Assembly (NCBI GenBank): GCA_965113315.1
Contig: OZ220382.1
From: Podarcis vaucheri
Lineage: Eukaryota
Length of the DNA: 64,000 nucleotides
Direction: 5' to 3' (one strand)
The notes beneath the pieces are model-generated. The model ran no database searches. It was not told where the DNA came from and saw only the letters and a list, made by a program, of their open reading frames with translations. Below, piece by piece: positions 25,607 through 38,763 of the stretch. The position numbers were made by a program, and so were the translations under genes. Every line of letters starts with the position of its first letter. Within the stretch, counting starts at the first letter, position 1.

Positions 25607-25945
25607 AGGTAAAGGGACCCCTGACCATTAGGTCCATTCCTGGTCCATTGCAGCGCTCATCTTGCTTTATCAGCTGAGGGAGCCGGCGTACAGCTTCCGG
25701 GTCATGTGGCCAGCATGACTAAGCCGCTTCTGGCGAACAAGAGCAGCACACGGAAACGCCATTTACCTTCCCACCGGAGTGGTACCTATTTATCTACTTG
25801 CACGTTGATGTGCTTTCGAACTGCTAGGTTGGCAGGAGCTGGGACCGAGCAACGGGAGCTCACCCCGTCACGGGGATTCAAACCGCCGACCTTCTGATTG
25901 GCAAGCCCAAGAGGCTCAGTGGTTTAACCCACAGCGCCACCTGCA
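25607..25945 (-). mobile_element. Sauria SINE
   Basis: Head GGTGGCGCTGTGGGTTAAACC, tail GGGTCCCTTTACCT; TSD ACATACACAC at 25597-25606 and 25950-25959. Confidence 0.9.
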
Positions 25946-26668
25946 TTCAACATACACACACTAAAACCATGTAAAATTTAAAATCACAGATCACCTTCCA
26001 TCTGCTTAATAATATCCCAGGAATATCTCTAAAAAGTTGTGCTGATCAATCAGAGGCTTGGTTGAAGCCCTGCTTCTTAAAGTTGAACTACAAGGTATCA
26101 AGTCTTAAGTTTTGAACTTTCATCACAATAAAAGTTCCACTACTCTACTAACTACAATAAAATAGAACTTAATTGCAAATTAGGCAAACATTTTTTTTGG
26201 TCTGTTTTCAACAAAAAAACAAAATAAGAAACAAAGAACTGGTTTGTTTCCTGCTAGCAACATCCAGGCACAATCAGTTGCTGACAGACCCATTGCTGAA
26301 GGGCCCACAACTGCTTTTTTTAAAAAAGAACATTTTAAATAAATGTATATTTGATTCATTCTGTAACTCTTTGAGTGGAGCTGATCAAGCTCTATCTGAA
26401 AGTCTTAGCCTGCCTAACTTTCATCAGGAGGGGGTCTCAGTGATGTGAGGCAAGTACTTTAGGATCTGAGATGGTAAAAGAACATACCAGTATCCTTTCA
26501 AGCTCACGGACAGTTGAGTATAAATAGTGATGGTGATGATATTTTGCAGCCTAAGGAGCAGATTTGACCAATCAGGGGCAGTATATAAATATTTTAAAGT
26601 GGGAAGTGCTGTTAACAGTCTACAGGAATCATGAAGAGTTTCATCTTTATGCTAAGGAATACACTAAC

Positions 26669-26776
26669 CTGTGTTCCAGAGATAGGTGCAAAAGGATTTG
26701 TTGGCCTTAGGCTGGTTTGGGTATATATCATAGGCTGGGGTGCCATAATAGGAGTAGCTCCAATCTGAGCAGGTAC
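26669..26776 (-). CDS. PICALML: PICALM-like exon 20
   Basis: 108 nt; VPAQIGATPIMAPQPMIYTQTSLRPTNPFAPISGTQ. Confidence 0.92.
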
Positions 26777-27940
26777 CTAAATGTCAGACAGAAATAGGAA
26801 TGTATAAAGTCATTTACTGATCCTCTGAGCTTGAACATGGTTGCTCTATCTATATATTTTGAAAGCTAAACAAATTCTAGTTCCCTTTCAGCAACTTAAC
26901 GCCAAAGCTCTCGAGGCTAGGTGCAGAAGCCGCTTATGCATGAACACAGTACTCCTACTGCTGAAGCGGCCAGTTTCTGCACTCTTCAGACAGTGGTTTC
27001 ATGTGGTCTTCAACAGAGTCAGACCACTAATCCATCTAGCCCAGTGACATCTATTCTTACGGGAAGCAGCTTTCCAATGAGTCTGGCAGAGAAGATAATT
27101 TTCCCTGCCTGAAATCTGAGAGAGATGGAGGATTGAATTTGCTTGCAAGGAACTGAAATGCCTCAGAAGTGTGTTGACCAGATAATTCCACCCACCTGTA
27201 ATGGCCAGCTTCTATAATAAATTGTCATAGAGCAACATGAGCATAATTATAAATGCAGGAGTTCAGATACAGCCAAGGTATTTCACCTCTTTGGAATTTG
27301 TACATAAATGGTGGGGGTGGATTAAGTTACAACTTGAATGCACTTTCAAACACCACCAAACGAATGGGCACCAAATAATAAACACCACCAAACAAATGGA
27401 ATCAGTTACATAAAATATGACTAAAATTCTGTTTTAGCCTCAGATTTCCATACCTAAGCTATTGTAGACATCATTATAAAAACATGGAGACAGAATATTT
27501 GTGTCTGTTTCAAGAAAGAGATGGGGAGGCTAAGATAACTTCCTTGGGGAGGGACAAACTAGTGAAAAGGTCTTGCTCTAAGGGGATGCTAAAATTGCAT
27601 CCATTAAAAGATGTTAAGACCACACTGGCAAATCTTAAAACGTGGTCTGGGGATAATATAAAAGACATTTCTTAGGACATCCAAGTAAAGCAGTGGGAAA
27701 AACTTTATACCACACTTTGATTAAAATGTTGGTAAGTACTGGGAAGCAAGATAAAAAATACTTCAGTGACTTCCCTTGTGCATGCAGAAGCTTTTCAGAC
27801 TACTTTACAATGCAACAGAATAACAAAAAAATTAGTACTTGAGATTTCAGGCTCATACTGCTGCAAATTACGATGTATGACATTCAAAATAGAACATCTT
27901 CTCAATGTATTATATAAATATAAAGAGTGAATATTCTTAC

Positions 27941-27997
27941 CATTCCATACACAGGCACTTGAGGTGTATTCAGTGGGTAGGTTACTGGAGCAGGTAC
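27941..27997 (-). CDS. PICALML: PICALM-like exon 19
   Basis: 57 nt; VPAPVTYPLNTPQVPVYGM; aag|...|gtaag. Confidence 0.85.
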
Positions 27998-28106
27998 CTT
28001 TGACAGGGGGGGGGGGAGATTGCATATAAAATTTGGCTACAAATTCCACTGCTAACACTGAAGGAAATGTATAAAATGCATCTTATTTTGCAGGATAGGA
28101 ACTCGC

Positions 28107-28130
28107 ATATCCAAGATAAGGTACTCCATT
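28107..28130 (-). CDS. PICALML: PICALM-like 24-nt microexon (alternative; non-canonical GC donor)
   Basis: tttttgccatgctag|AATGGAGTACCTTATCTTGGATAT|gcgagt; NGVPYLGY, positional match to the PICALM 8-aa cassette NGMHFPQY. Confidence 0.65.
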
Positions 28131-29198
28131 CTAGCATGGCAAAAAGGAGGAGGGACAGAAAATTATTGGGAGTAACAGGATACCAAAACTAGAATGACTT
28201 TAGCTGGAAACAAGACAAGCTAGTTATGAAGTTAATTATCCTCAGTCTTGCACACCATGTAACTGTACATTCAAAAAGAATTAAAGCAATGTGGCTGAAT
28301 GAAATTACGGGGCAGCTATATTATTTGACTGCTCTTTTGTACAGAGAAAGTTCTCTTTCCATATAAGGAAGGAATAGCTAAGGAGAATATTTTCATTAAT
28401 TTGATTCATGCTTTTCAACTCAGATTTGAAGCAACCAGGAAGCATAATAGATATCTAAGAAAGAGCTACCATTTATATACATAAGAGCAATTCACACCGA
28501 AACAGTAAAGCTGCAATCTGTGCTACTACAAACAAGTTAGAAGGCATCAAGCACCTGTTACTGGGAGCTGGAATACAAGGCTATGAATTTTTGTCATATC
28601 TGCCAGGATCCTGTCAAAAATAAAACACCAATCCACAAAGAACTGGAGACCAGAAGTGTACATGTACCAGGGTTTATAGGGCTGTTTCTCTTCAGCTGCT
28701 TCTCCAAAGCCCTTTAATTTCAATTTAGTACACATTAGCTACCTTCAGAATACAGTATTTTCCTTCTGCAGCTTACAACATTAAAATCATTTAAAGTAAT
28801 AAAATATAAACATCTTGAAGGGGAGTCTCAAAGCCAGTTTATGATGGCTGTAAAGTGCTCAGAGAAAAACAAGGCAACAATTCCACTAGGGTAGCACCAG
28901 CCCCTAGTGTGCAATTAAGTAGTTCTTTGGATTCTGGCCAATATTTTTATCACAAAAATACTTTAAAAAATACAGAGAATCACATCTAGAAGGTACTAAA
29001 GTATTTACATGCTATACAAGATGCACTGTAACCTCCAATTTATTTTATGTCCAAATCCTCTCCCTTGGGATTCTAAAATTTCATGCCAAAGCCTTATTGG
29101 TAAATTCCTCTCAAAATTTTGACAAGAATGCTTTGTGAAATACAGGGGAAAGGCAAACACACAAACAATTTAAAGGCTGAAAATACTGTAAGTATTAC

Positions 29199-29319
29199 CA
29201 TCTGTGGAGCAGGAGGAATAGGGACAGTATTCCATGTAGTTGAGGTGCTTGTTTTCGCTTGCCAGTTGGTTCCACCAGTAAGTTTCTTCTCTGTAGGCTG
29301 ATTCCACTGCATATCAGAT
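29199..29319 (-). CDS. PICALML: PICALM-like exon 17
   Basis: 121 nt; SDMQWNQPTEKKLTGGTNWQAKTSTSTTWNTVPIPPAPQM. Confidence 0.92.
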
Positions 29320-30279
29320 CTAAAAACGAATTGAAAGCTGAGCAGTTACATATGGAGAACAGCTGAAATGATACTGCAATATATGGAACTGTTCTGTTAA
29401 TCACTAATTTCTTTTACCTGCCACTATAATTACACTTCACGGCCCCTAGATCATAGCATTTGGTATATGTAACTTTTTAAGCACCACATCTACTTTTTAT
29501 TAAATTCATAACTGCAAAATAAATTACTTCCTCCGTTTGTTTCAAGGTGTGCTTACTTCAGAAAGAGCCTGGCAAGTAAGAGAGCCAAATTTCCATAAAA
29601 CTGGTGCTACGGTTACTGCTAAGGTAGCAGATAACTCAGCTGGCTTTATACATCGGAAACTGCTCTCACAAAGCAGTTCCCAGAGGTTTAGGCAAATTTT
29701 AAATCATACCAACCAGCCCACCACCTGGTCAAAACAATATTTTTATTAGCAATGTTAACAATTCACCTGCGCCAGGAACATCCCACACCCTGTGCCTTAT
29801 TGATAGCATCCCTACACCCAAGGTGTGAAGCACGACTCAGAGCACATGGTGGCAAGTTTGATGTCACTGCACTTACAGGCAAATTCTATTTGTGATTTGT
29901 TTTATAGTCAATTAAATTAGACTTTTAACATCTTTTACTCTGGGACTTCTTCTTTACCTGTTTTAGTTATTGATTATAGCAAGATATATATGTTAATTTT
30001 TGAATGTTTAGAATTAAAACATTTGGATTTCCCCCCCTCTAGTCAGAAGAGACTGGCAGGATGGTGAAAGTTTTACAAACCTTTCTTTTCCAATACTTGA
30101 ACAATAGTGCTATTCATGAAATCAGTTGCATCACATGTTTTTGGAGTGGGATTTGTGCCCCAACCCTGGCCCGGAAATGACTACCAGAACAGCCAGGTGT
30201 TACATGGGGAGATTGGGTTTGTTTTTAATCTTTGCTTAATTTTGTATTTTTAGCTGGATGTTAAAACGGGATGTTTTCA

Positions 30280-30645
30280 TAAATTATATGGAAAAAAGAG
30301 GTTCCCAAGACTTCGCTTGGCTTAGTGTAGATTAAACTCCCACTGGCAATTAGAATGCTCTCCACAGACTTATTAACTGAATACAGATAATAAGAAATAA
30401 TGAATTATTAGGAATCGTTTAAGGGAGGCGGGAAGTTACAAATAAGGGAGATGAGCCAGAAGTTGTAAAAAGATGGCTTGTAAATACAAAGATGTATAAC
30501 TGAAAATGTTCAGGTTTTTTTTAAACTTTCTTTCTTTTTCTTCTTATGTTTTTTATTTCTTCTTCTTCTCTATTTTTTAAATTCTTTTTCTGTTTTTCTG
30601 TATGTATGTGTATTTGTAAAATGTAACTAAAAAAAAAGAAAAAAG
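30280..30645 (+). mobile_element. Probable L1 3'UTR fragment with A tail
   Basis: GGGAAGT motif, T-rich tract and A-rich end, resembling the 3'UTR of the L1 at 47815-50527. Confidence 0.45.
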
Positions 30646-30913
30646 CACTACCTTGAACCCCTGGGCTTGTACGAAGGCAGGCTATAAATCTTCTTAATAA
30701 CTCAAAACAATCTTAAAAAGCTATTGCTGAATGTCTCCTTTTGAAGGTTAAGGTCTGTTCCGTTAGGCAATATTTGCTCTCACAGAATGATTGTATTGGC
30801 ACAACACTGAATATTAGAAAATTCTGTGATAGCTCAGCAATGCAAACACAAGTCAAGGACATTTTTATCAATATATAATTAGAAATTATGAAATTAAGGA
30901 ATATATGTCTCAC

Positions 30914-30944
30914 TTTTTCGATGGTGTTCCTCCAAAGCCAAGAT
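30914..30944 (-). CDS. PICALML: PICALM-like exon 16
   Basis: 31 nt; LGFGGTPSK; cag|...|gtgag. Confidence 0.9.
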
Positions 30945-31043
30945 CTGTAATAAAACACCAAAAAACATTTAATTAAGATTTAGAATTCCTTTCATAATAA
31001 ACGTAGGGAAGCCTTTCTTTAAAAATGAAAGTGTTAAACTTAC

Positions 31044-31160
31044 TTCCAACCAGATTAGCAAGTGAAGAATCAAGGTCATTGGCCAAAATCTTCCCACTGT
31101 GCTGACCAATTAAAGCTACTCTCTGATTTTGAGCTTGTACTGTTGGTTGCAATACATCAT
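31044..31160 (-). CDS. PICALML: PICALM-like exon 15
   Basis: 117 nt; DVLQPTVQAQNQRVALIGQHSGKILANDLDSSLANLVG. Confidence 0.92.
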
Positions 31161-32429
31161 CTGTAAATTAAAGACTGGGTACAAAGGAGATAACCTTTTA
31201 AAAAAAGAGTATTATTGGTTTGCAGCTATCATTTCAACTGGTAACAGAAGGCAGAAAAGGGTACCACCACCCAGAAATCCCCTTCTCCCAATAAAATGCC
31301 ACAACCCTTTTCGCCTAGTTAAATTAGTTGTATATGTGATAGTCTGCTTACATCCACAGATGTAGGAATAAGAGTTACATCTATACTGTGATACTCACTG
31401 AAATGTCAGAATGTATATTTTGGCGAAGCTGGGATGTGCAAACCCACCTAAGCACACTATTTACCGAGAGCAATGGAAACTGAATTCTAGCCAGTATTAG
31501 CTTTTATGTACAGTTTCCATTTCAAAAGAGCTTAAAGATTAGACAAGATATAGGTTAAACCCCACATTATTCCTGGAAAAAATGATTCTAGACAAAATTC
31601 TAATAAGCTGCTGGAATGTAAGATTTACACTTCAAAGCTTTAAAAAGGAATTCTTAAACCCTGGATTTTCAAGCAGTCTTGAAAGTGTACAAAATATTTT
31701 AATGCACACAAAGATAACCACAGTTTCTCCTATGTATATGGTGGTTTGACAATTGCACTGTCTTAGAGATGTAAAATTAGAAAGCACAAACCAAAACCCA
31801 CACACAACCATCAGTGCAGGAAATGGACTTGCCCAAGCAGCACCAAAAAGAGGAAATTTACAAAACTGGAGTGGGCGTAGATGGGGAGGTCATAATGTTT
31901 ATTTTATCAGAATAATCAGTTAAAAGAAATTAGATAGCAATGTTTCAATTATAGCCTTCAGGTGTCTTAAGTACTTTAAAGCCAGCGTGTGTGGTAGTTT
32001 GAATGCTGGAATTAGGTACAGCAACCTAATCGGCCACTATCCTTCCTGGGTGATCTTAAGCCACTCATCATCTCTCAGACTAGCCAACCTCAAAGGGTTG
32101 GTGTGAAGAAAAGGGGGGAGTGCCATGTACATTGGCCTGAGTTCTCCAGAAGAGGGGAATGATAAAGATCAATAAAAGTTTTTTAATGCAAGGATCATGT
32201 TCTTAGCGTTAGGCAAATATAACAGCTAAGAACTGCAGGCATGCTAAAACACCATGATGTAATGGTCCTTAGAGACCGGCTGTTTGCCTTCCCCTGGCAA
32301 TGTTTGTCTTGGAAGTGGTGGTTCCTATAGAGAAGCATTCAGTGTTGGAGGCAGTAGCTGGGGAGTGAGAATGGAGAGAGTGTTCTTGCACTTTGGTCAG
32401 CCACTGTGAGAACAGGATGCTAGACTATT

Positions 32430-33190
32430 ATTATTACCCATCCTTTACCCTCAAGGTAGATTTCAACAATTAAAGCACAATGTTAAAAACAAGCAACTTA
32501 AAATAGCAGAAATAAGTTGGGAACTAAATATATATTTAACTCATGTGTCAAAAGCCAGGTTAAAGAGATATATGCCTTCAACATTTTCTGAAAGCTGTAT
32601 AATGAAGATACCAGACACATCTCTATGGGGAGAGAGTTCCACAATTTAGGGTCTGTTGCAGAGAATGCACTCTCCCAGGCACCCCACCCCAAGCTTCTGG
32701 GGGCAGTGAAATAATCAACAGGGTGCCCTCTGCCAATCTTAACACCTGACAGGGCTTGTTGCAGTCTTTCAATTATTCAGGGCCTGGGTGTTTTAGGGCT
32801 TTACTCATTAATTGTGAGCAACTGGGAACAAACTAGTAACCAGTGCAGCTGTTTTAAAACAGGAGTTATATGAGATCTAAACAGAATCTGGCTGCTGCAT
32901 TTGGGGCCAGTTGAAGTTTAAAAGTTGCCTTCAAGGCCAGCCCCACATGGACCACATCACAGTAATTGAATCTGGAAGTTACAAGAGCATAAAGTGCGGT
33001 GGCCAAGTCATTTCTGTCCAAACGGGGCCATTGCTGGCAGAACACCCAGAGCTGGAAAAAGGGGTTCTGGTCACAGAAGTCACCTGAGCTTCCAGTGACA
33101 GTGTTGAATCCAGAAACAGGCCCAAGCTGTGGATGTGCTTCTTCCGAGGAAGTACAACCCCATCCTGGATGCCTGCCTCGGTTTTCTGAT
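32430..33190 (-). mobile_element. Old L2 3' fragment
   Basis: AFSATDPKLWNSLP..SLYSFQKMLKAY, homologous to the L2 ORF2 C-terminus. Confidence 0.75.
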
Positions 33191-34655
33191 CTGGGTCTCT
33201 AAATAGGCACTGGTCAAACAGGGCTCATCTTATGTTCCAGTATGTTTTAAGACAATGCATTCCTATGGTCACAGGAGTTGAGTTTTGTCCTCTGCAATCT
33301 AAGATAGTTCCACATTCATTTCAATTGAGGACTCTGATCTGGGCATGTATTCTTTTACAATCATATTCATTCCCTCCCTTGCAGTTGAACACAATATTGA
33401 GTGCCCAGGAAACTCTGGAAGCATGTGCATTTGAGGTGGATAAGAGAAGCATTTTTGGTCTGTACACCAATCAGACTAATCTCTGCACAAACACCTTTCA
33501 AGTGCTCATTGAGGAGCAGTTTCCTGCTCACAACCTATAAATGCCCAGGTGGCCTTTCTATGTAAAATCATTGCTATGAGTAAGAAGAACCTTAAAGCCC
33601 TTGATTTTACTTCCTGGGTTACACTTAAGGGCAGAGACCACGGGTAGCACAAACTTATTTATGTTTACAGAGAACAGAATTCTGTGCTATTCAGTGGGGC
33701 TCACTCCCAGGTTAAGCATGCATAGGATTGCAGCCTTAAGCTTACAATCACTTTATTAACTTACCCATTGAAATCCATGATCCGGAACGCCACATTGAAA
33801 TATACCAAAAATAAAGAAAAGGACAATCACAATGGGTATTAGATTAGCAGGAAACAGAACTAAGCACTTGTACTTTGGGGCAGGTAACTTTTTTCTAAAA
33901 GACAATTTAATCAGAAACATTCTAAGGAGCTTAGAATTTCTAAATTTAAATTATTTAAGTCCATCAGTTTAAAAAGACAGGCACCCTCCAGCGAATAAAA
34001 CCATTTGATACACCATTTAAGCAAAATTAAAGTATGACTTCATCCCCATGATTAGGCAGCATGGTGAGTCAGCAAGTGACTAACTAGCAAGTAGAAAAGA
34101 GCAAGGACTATTTTCCCCTCCTCTTGTGGCTGAGCTTTAATGTCTAATACAACAGTGGGCATTCCTGCTGCCCTACAATTGTTTTGAGATTCCAATGCCC
34201 ATCAACCCCAGCCAGAATGGCCAAGGGTCAGGGATGATGGAAGATGTAGATCAGCAATATCTTGAGGGCCACAGGTCTCCCCAACCTAATGGAAATGCCA
34301 AGAACAACATTTAGCAGCCCGGGACTCTGAGGAAAGGCTATTCATGCATGTTCAAGGAAAGGAAACATACAGAGAAAAGTTATGGCTGCGCAATAAATGA
34401 CAAGAAGGAAATTTGCCAGATAGGTTTATTCATTTGCTTTCCACTCCTTAGCCACTAGCTGTCCATACATGTGAAGAATTGGTGCTCTGTCTTCCATGCA
34501 TTCTGGAAAGCAGTGTTTTACAGATTGACATTATATAAAATAATTATCTGATAAAAAGGCAAATACTGAATCCAATGATCTATATAACTAGACAAATAAA
34601 AGTAGCTGCTGGCTTTATAAAATGCAGAAATTTGAAACACATTAAATAGCTTTAC

Positions 34656-34766
34656 CTGTTGCAGTTCTAAATTCTTGTACTGCTGATTTGCCACCAAATA
34701 CAGCATCAAAATCCACATTGACTGTTGAAGAGGCAGTATTCTGTGGTACCGAATTAAGGGGATATC
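34656..34766 (-). CDS. PICALML: PICALM-like exon 14
   Basis: 111 nt; YPLNSVPQNTASSTVNVDFDAVFGGKSAVQEFRTAT (cf. PICALM NVDFESVFGNKS). Confidence 0.9.
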
Positions 34767-34963
34767 CTACAAATGATAATAAAAATTATTGGTACTGTTG
34801 TCATTAAATAGTTCTGCAATTCTAAGAGGCTGATGTTATGTAAACATTTATAAGAAAAGTACAGGGTAGTGTAGAGAAAGAAAGGAACAAAGTAGACCCC
34901 AGATTTAAGAAGGGGCATCTAGTGAATTATAGAACTTTGGAAACCCAATCATGTATATATGAT

Positions 34964-34995
<32 letters not shown>

Positions 34996-35244
34996 CCTTT
35001 TTTAAAAAAAAGGTTATGGTCATGAACATGTCAAAAGTAACACATGCAATTTTGCATATTTAAAGTGCACAATTTTGATTCTTAATTAAAACTGTCAGAG
35101 TTATCTGACCAACAATTAGCAGTTGTAATGTGGTTTTGAGTTGAAACTAAGAAAATTAATGCAGAAACTGAGAATTAATACAATTAGAAATATTAGAATC
35201 ACTGTAATAATGTATATTTGGAAAGAAATTAGAGGATGATTTAC

Positions 35245-35391
35245 CACTAAACAGTTCCACTGTTTGTTTGGAGGTAAAGGTGGATGTCACAAAAGGGGTG
35301 GTACTTTTTACAGCTTCTTCAACTGGCTTCATATCAAAGAGGTCCAGGTGGGGTGGAGACCCAACACAACCATTTGTGGATGAGAAAGTTC
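35245..35391 (-). CDS. PICALML: PICALM-like exon 13 (frame-preserving, probably alternative)
   Basis: 147 nt, phase 1-1; TFSSTNGCVGSPPHLDLFDMKPVEEAVKSTTPFVTSTFTSKQTVELFS; weak AAG acceptor, donor GTAAAT. Confidence 0.8.
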
Positions 35392-36485
35392 CTTTCAGAT
35401 ACAGCATTAGGTTGAAAGAAAGGGAAAGAAGTAAAACTAGAACACAAGGAGTACTCAAGAGAGAAGACACACTGAACAACATGGGGAGTTCACAGAAGCA
35501 GGATGGTAAGGACTTAACACGGTTTTGTGTAAGGCTGTTTCTCATTGGTCTGCTCACCCAAACACTACTGAATGAAATTCATACCAGTTTTGTCTTTCAT
35601 ACAAAAATGCACAACCCTTTGGGAGCGGGAAACATATATTACACCAGAACACACTTCCAGGTCTTTAGACCAAGCAGTTGCTATTTCTACTTGAGCCTCA
35701 CTGACTTGCTCACAAAATACACCTTGCATTCTACCAACACAGATTCATCTTTGGCTGTCAATCTAAGTCTGCTTTAGGTATAAAGTAGAGATGGAATTCT
35801 CATAACCTGTCTCTGCATTACATCTGAACCTTTGCTTGTTCTGCACTGGAATGCTAGCCACTGTTTCCTGGTAGACATATTTCTAACTTCTGGGGGCAGG
35901 TGGTTAAGCTATCCACTTGTTAACTTTTCTCATAAGTAGAGTGACCTGTAGGATTTTCTGGCACTATATTTTCCTTCCCCAAAACTCTGACGCAGAAGTG
36001 TATGATGCACAAGAGAGGATATCTGTAAGTATGAGTTTGTGACATGATCTTACTGTGCCTATAGTTGAAGCTGGGAAGCAGCATCTCAACAACCGGTTTG
36101 GACTATATCTGTACTATAGCCGAATTTTCTATGTGTTGAGGACATAACTATTTTTACTCCTGTACATATCTGTTCTATATAGCAGCCTTATTTAATTCCA
36201 TCACTAACTAGAATCCTAATGAGAGGAAGACATTCAAGTTATAATTATGGGCAGAGGCAACTCCGTGTAGACCAAACTTCCTACCTCAAGTTGTTCTGAT
36301 AGCAGCTAAGCATTTGGATGTAGAACTCAGAAATGCAAAATGGGACAGTTACAAATACCCACAAACCACAAACATTCTGTTATGTTCTCTGCTCCTGTTA
36401 CATGTTTCATTTACTATGGAAAACTGGTTCACAATGACCTAACAGTTCAGAACACACACCAGGAGATGCAGAGAAGATGTTACAC

Positions 36486-36601
36486 CAGGGCCATGTGGCA
36501 GCGGGGGGGGGGGGGCAGCCGGGTGCACCTGCCCTAGGCCTCGGGGGGCTCCGCCAGGGACTAGCTGCTCTTTTTTTTTTACTTTATTCTAACAAGGCCT
36601 G
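36486..36601. mobile_element. Small hAT MITE (116 bp)
   Basis: CAGGGCC...GGCCTG termini; exact 8-bp TSD TGTTACAC (36478-36485, 36602-36609). Confidence 0.8.
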
Positions 36602-36878
36602 TGTTACACCCTATGTAACGTACCCTCAGCAGACAAAATTTGCAGATGTTTATGTTTCTAATAAAACTAGGAAGAAAAACAGCAATAATTTTGGGGTACA
36701 ATAATAGCTGCTGTTATCAATTACATGTTTCTCTGCCACAGCTATTAATAAAGGCAACTGGATTACATGACAACATAAGATTAGCTGTGCATTCAGGAAT
36801 GTATGACAATCTGAAAGGGTAAAGACAATTAATTCCAAGGACTGTAAATGTTTTGTTTAACCACAGCAGTAAACTTAC

Positions 36879-36982
36879 CTCCCCAGGCACTGCCTGCTGA
36901 TGTTGCTATGGCTGGAGTACTCTGTACCGTTGGAACAAATGCAGGTTGGAGATCAAAGAGATCAGTAGAAAGATTGGGCATG
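36879..36982 (-). CDS. PICALML: PICALM-like exon 12
   Basis: 104 nt; MPNLSTDLFDLQPAFVPTVQSTPAIATSAGSAWG. Confidence 0.92.
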
Positions 36983-38048
36983 CTGAAAGTTCCAAGAAGG
37001 TTGTCAGCTATAAATGGCATACTTAAGCAAGAGGAAGTTTATTATGCTGTTTGAACATCTGAACATTAGACAACTTCAAGAAATGCCTGCATATACATCC
37101 ACTGACATGAGAGAAAGAACTTGAAATTTCACTTTACAACACAAATTTGATTTGATGAGATCCTCCAAGAATCCTCCTCTCCAAGGTAGATTTTGTTCAC
37201 AACAATAAAGCAAGTATTAACCCACTGTCACCCCAACAATACTGTCAATGCCAGGCTTGTGCTGCAGAAGATTCTGTAGCCTTGTTTGGACTCCTCTTTA
37301 TAGGCCTTCCAATAAATGGTGAAGGAAGGCTTTCAGCATCTGACCTTTTTAGTAACTGGTTTTATTTGACCGTTTTAATCTTAAATTGGTTTTAATATTT
37401 GTTCTGCTGCTGGTGGTTTGTAACATTTTAAGGTGGAATTTTTATGCGGCTTTTATATTGGTTTTATTTATTGTTCTTGTGGCTGTTGATTTTCAACTGC
37501 AGGATAAGCAGGATATAACTCCTAAATTGGAAAAAGTCTACAATCCAGTTGTTGACTGGGTGAGGTCATTATTAATGCATGGAGGAATGCCATATTAATT
37601 TAAGGCTGGAAGTTTGGACAGTACTATGTACAACCTTTGGTGCCTGATCTCATACATTCATTTCTCATTGCAAAGTCAGATTTGAGCAACTTCTTTTACA
37701 TTTTTTTCTTGCTGGTATCACTTCTATGTTATATGCTTTATGTAAAAATGACTGTATATGTCTTGATGTTCAGTATTCAATCCTAATTTTTCAATTAATT
37801 GATTACAAAGATTATTGTAAAAGGGAAGGAGAAAGGTTACAACTGCTTTTTTAACAAAGGAACTTAGTCAAGTTTCTCTTCAGTAAAACAATGAATGAGA
37901 GTCTAAAACCTTTATGCAAATGAAGTGCCTGTTCTCTTCAATTCCCACAAAGCATTTTGAGTTTCCACTTGGGAATGCTTTCCAATACCATAATATGAAG
38001 AAGTTCTGACTCTAGATTATTTGTACCCGATATTGAAATATTCCTCAC

Positions 38049-38188
38049 CTATTGGTGGTTGGAGCAGGTGTTGCAAATAGGTCAACAGCTGCAGCATTGG
38101 TGTTTACACTCTTCCCTGATAAAGTGCTTGGAGAGGCAGAAGTAGAAGTTGAATTTGACACCACAGAAATCTCTCTCAATCGCTGTTC
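38049..38188 (-). CDS. PICALML: PICALM-like exon 11
   Basis: 140 nt; EQRLREISVVSNSTSTSASPSTLSGKSVNTNAAAVDLFATPAPTTN. Confidence 0.92.
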
Positions 38189-38609
38189 CTAAAAGAGGTG
38201 TGCAAGATAATTCAAATTTTACATTATGTGAGTTTTTCAGAATGCAAGTACACCAACAATGAAACTTAACTATCTTGCGAAGTTAACCCACATCTCCATT
38301 CTACAGTGTTATGATGTAATCCAGCCATATTCCACTGTCATGAAAATCAGTGAGACTGTCCTGTTCATGAGTTAAGGCCATGATCCAGCCAAAGCTAATC
38401 ACTTTCAAATCACTTTGATTTCATGAAGAATTTGGTTGGCTCTTTCCACACCAAGCTAAGTGAGATGTGGAAATGCTCAACTTTGGCTTGATCTGTGAAT
38501 CCAAGATTTTTAAAATAGGTCAGAGATTTGATGCTGTGATCAAAATGAAAACTAAGGCCGCAGCATATGGTCAATTCCCAAACACTCAAAGCACTCTTTC
38601 TCACTTACA

Positions 38610-38644
<35 letters not shown>

Positions 38645-38763
38645 CTCTCACTTTAACAAGACACAGAGCCAAGTTACTTTTTACAGGGGTATATGAAGTG
38701 CAGCTGCCAAACTAGCTTACACATTTTCTGACTCTGCATGTCCAACAAAACCAGAAGCAGTAC

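Noticed and set aside
31399-31447. Extra PICALM-like exon ending at a GTGAGT donor
   Set aside because: The two candidate acceptors give either a frameshift (49 nt) or an in-frame TGA (30 nt); no family similarity.
33190-33600. Possible processed pseudogene or transposase fragment
   Set aside because: The three minus frames contain stops and I recognise no motif in them or in the 102-aa plus-strand ORF; needs a BLASTX search.
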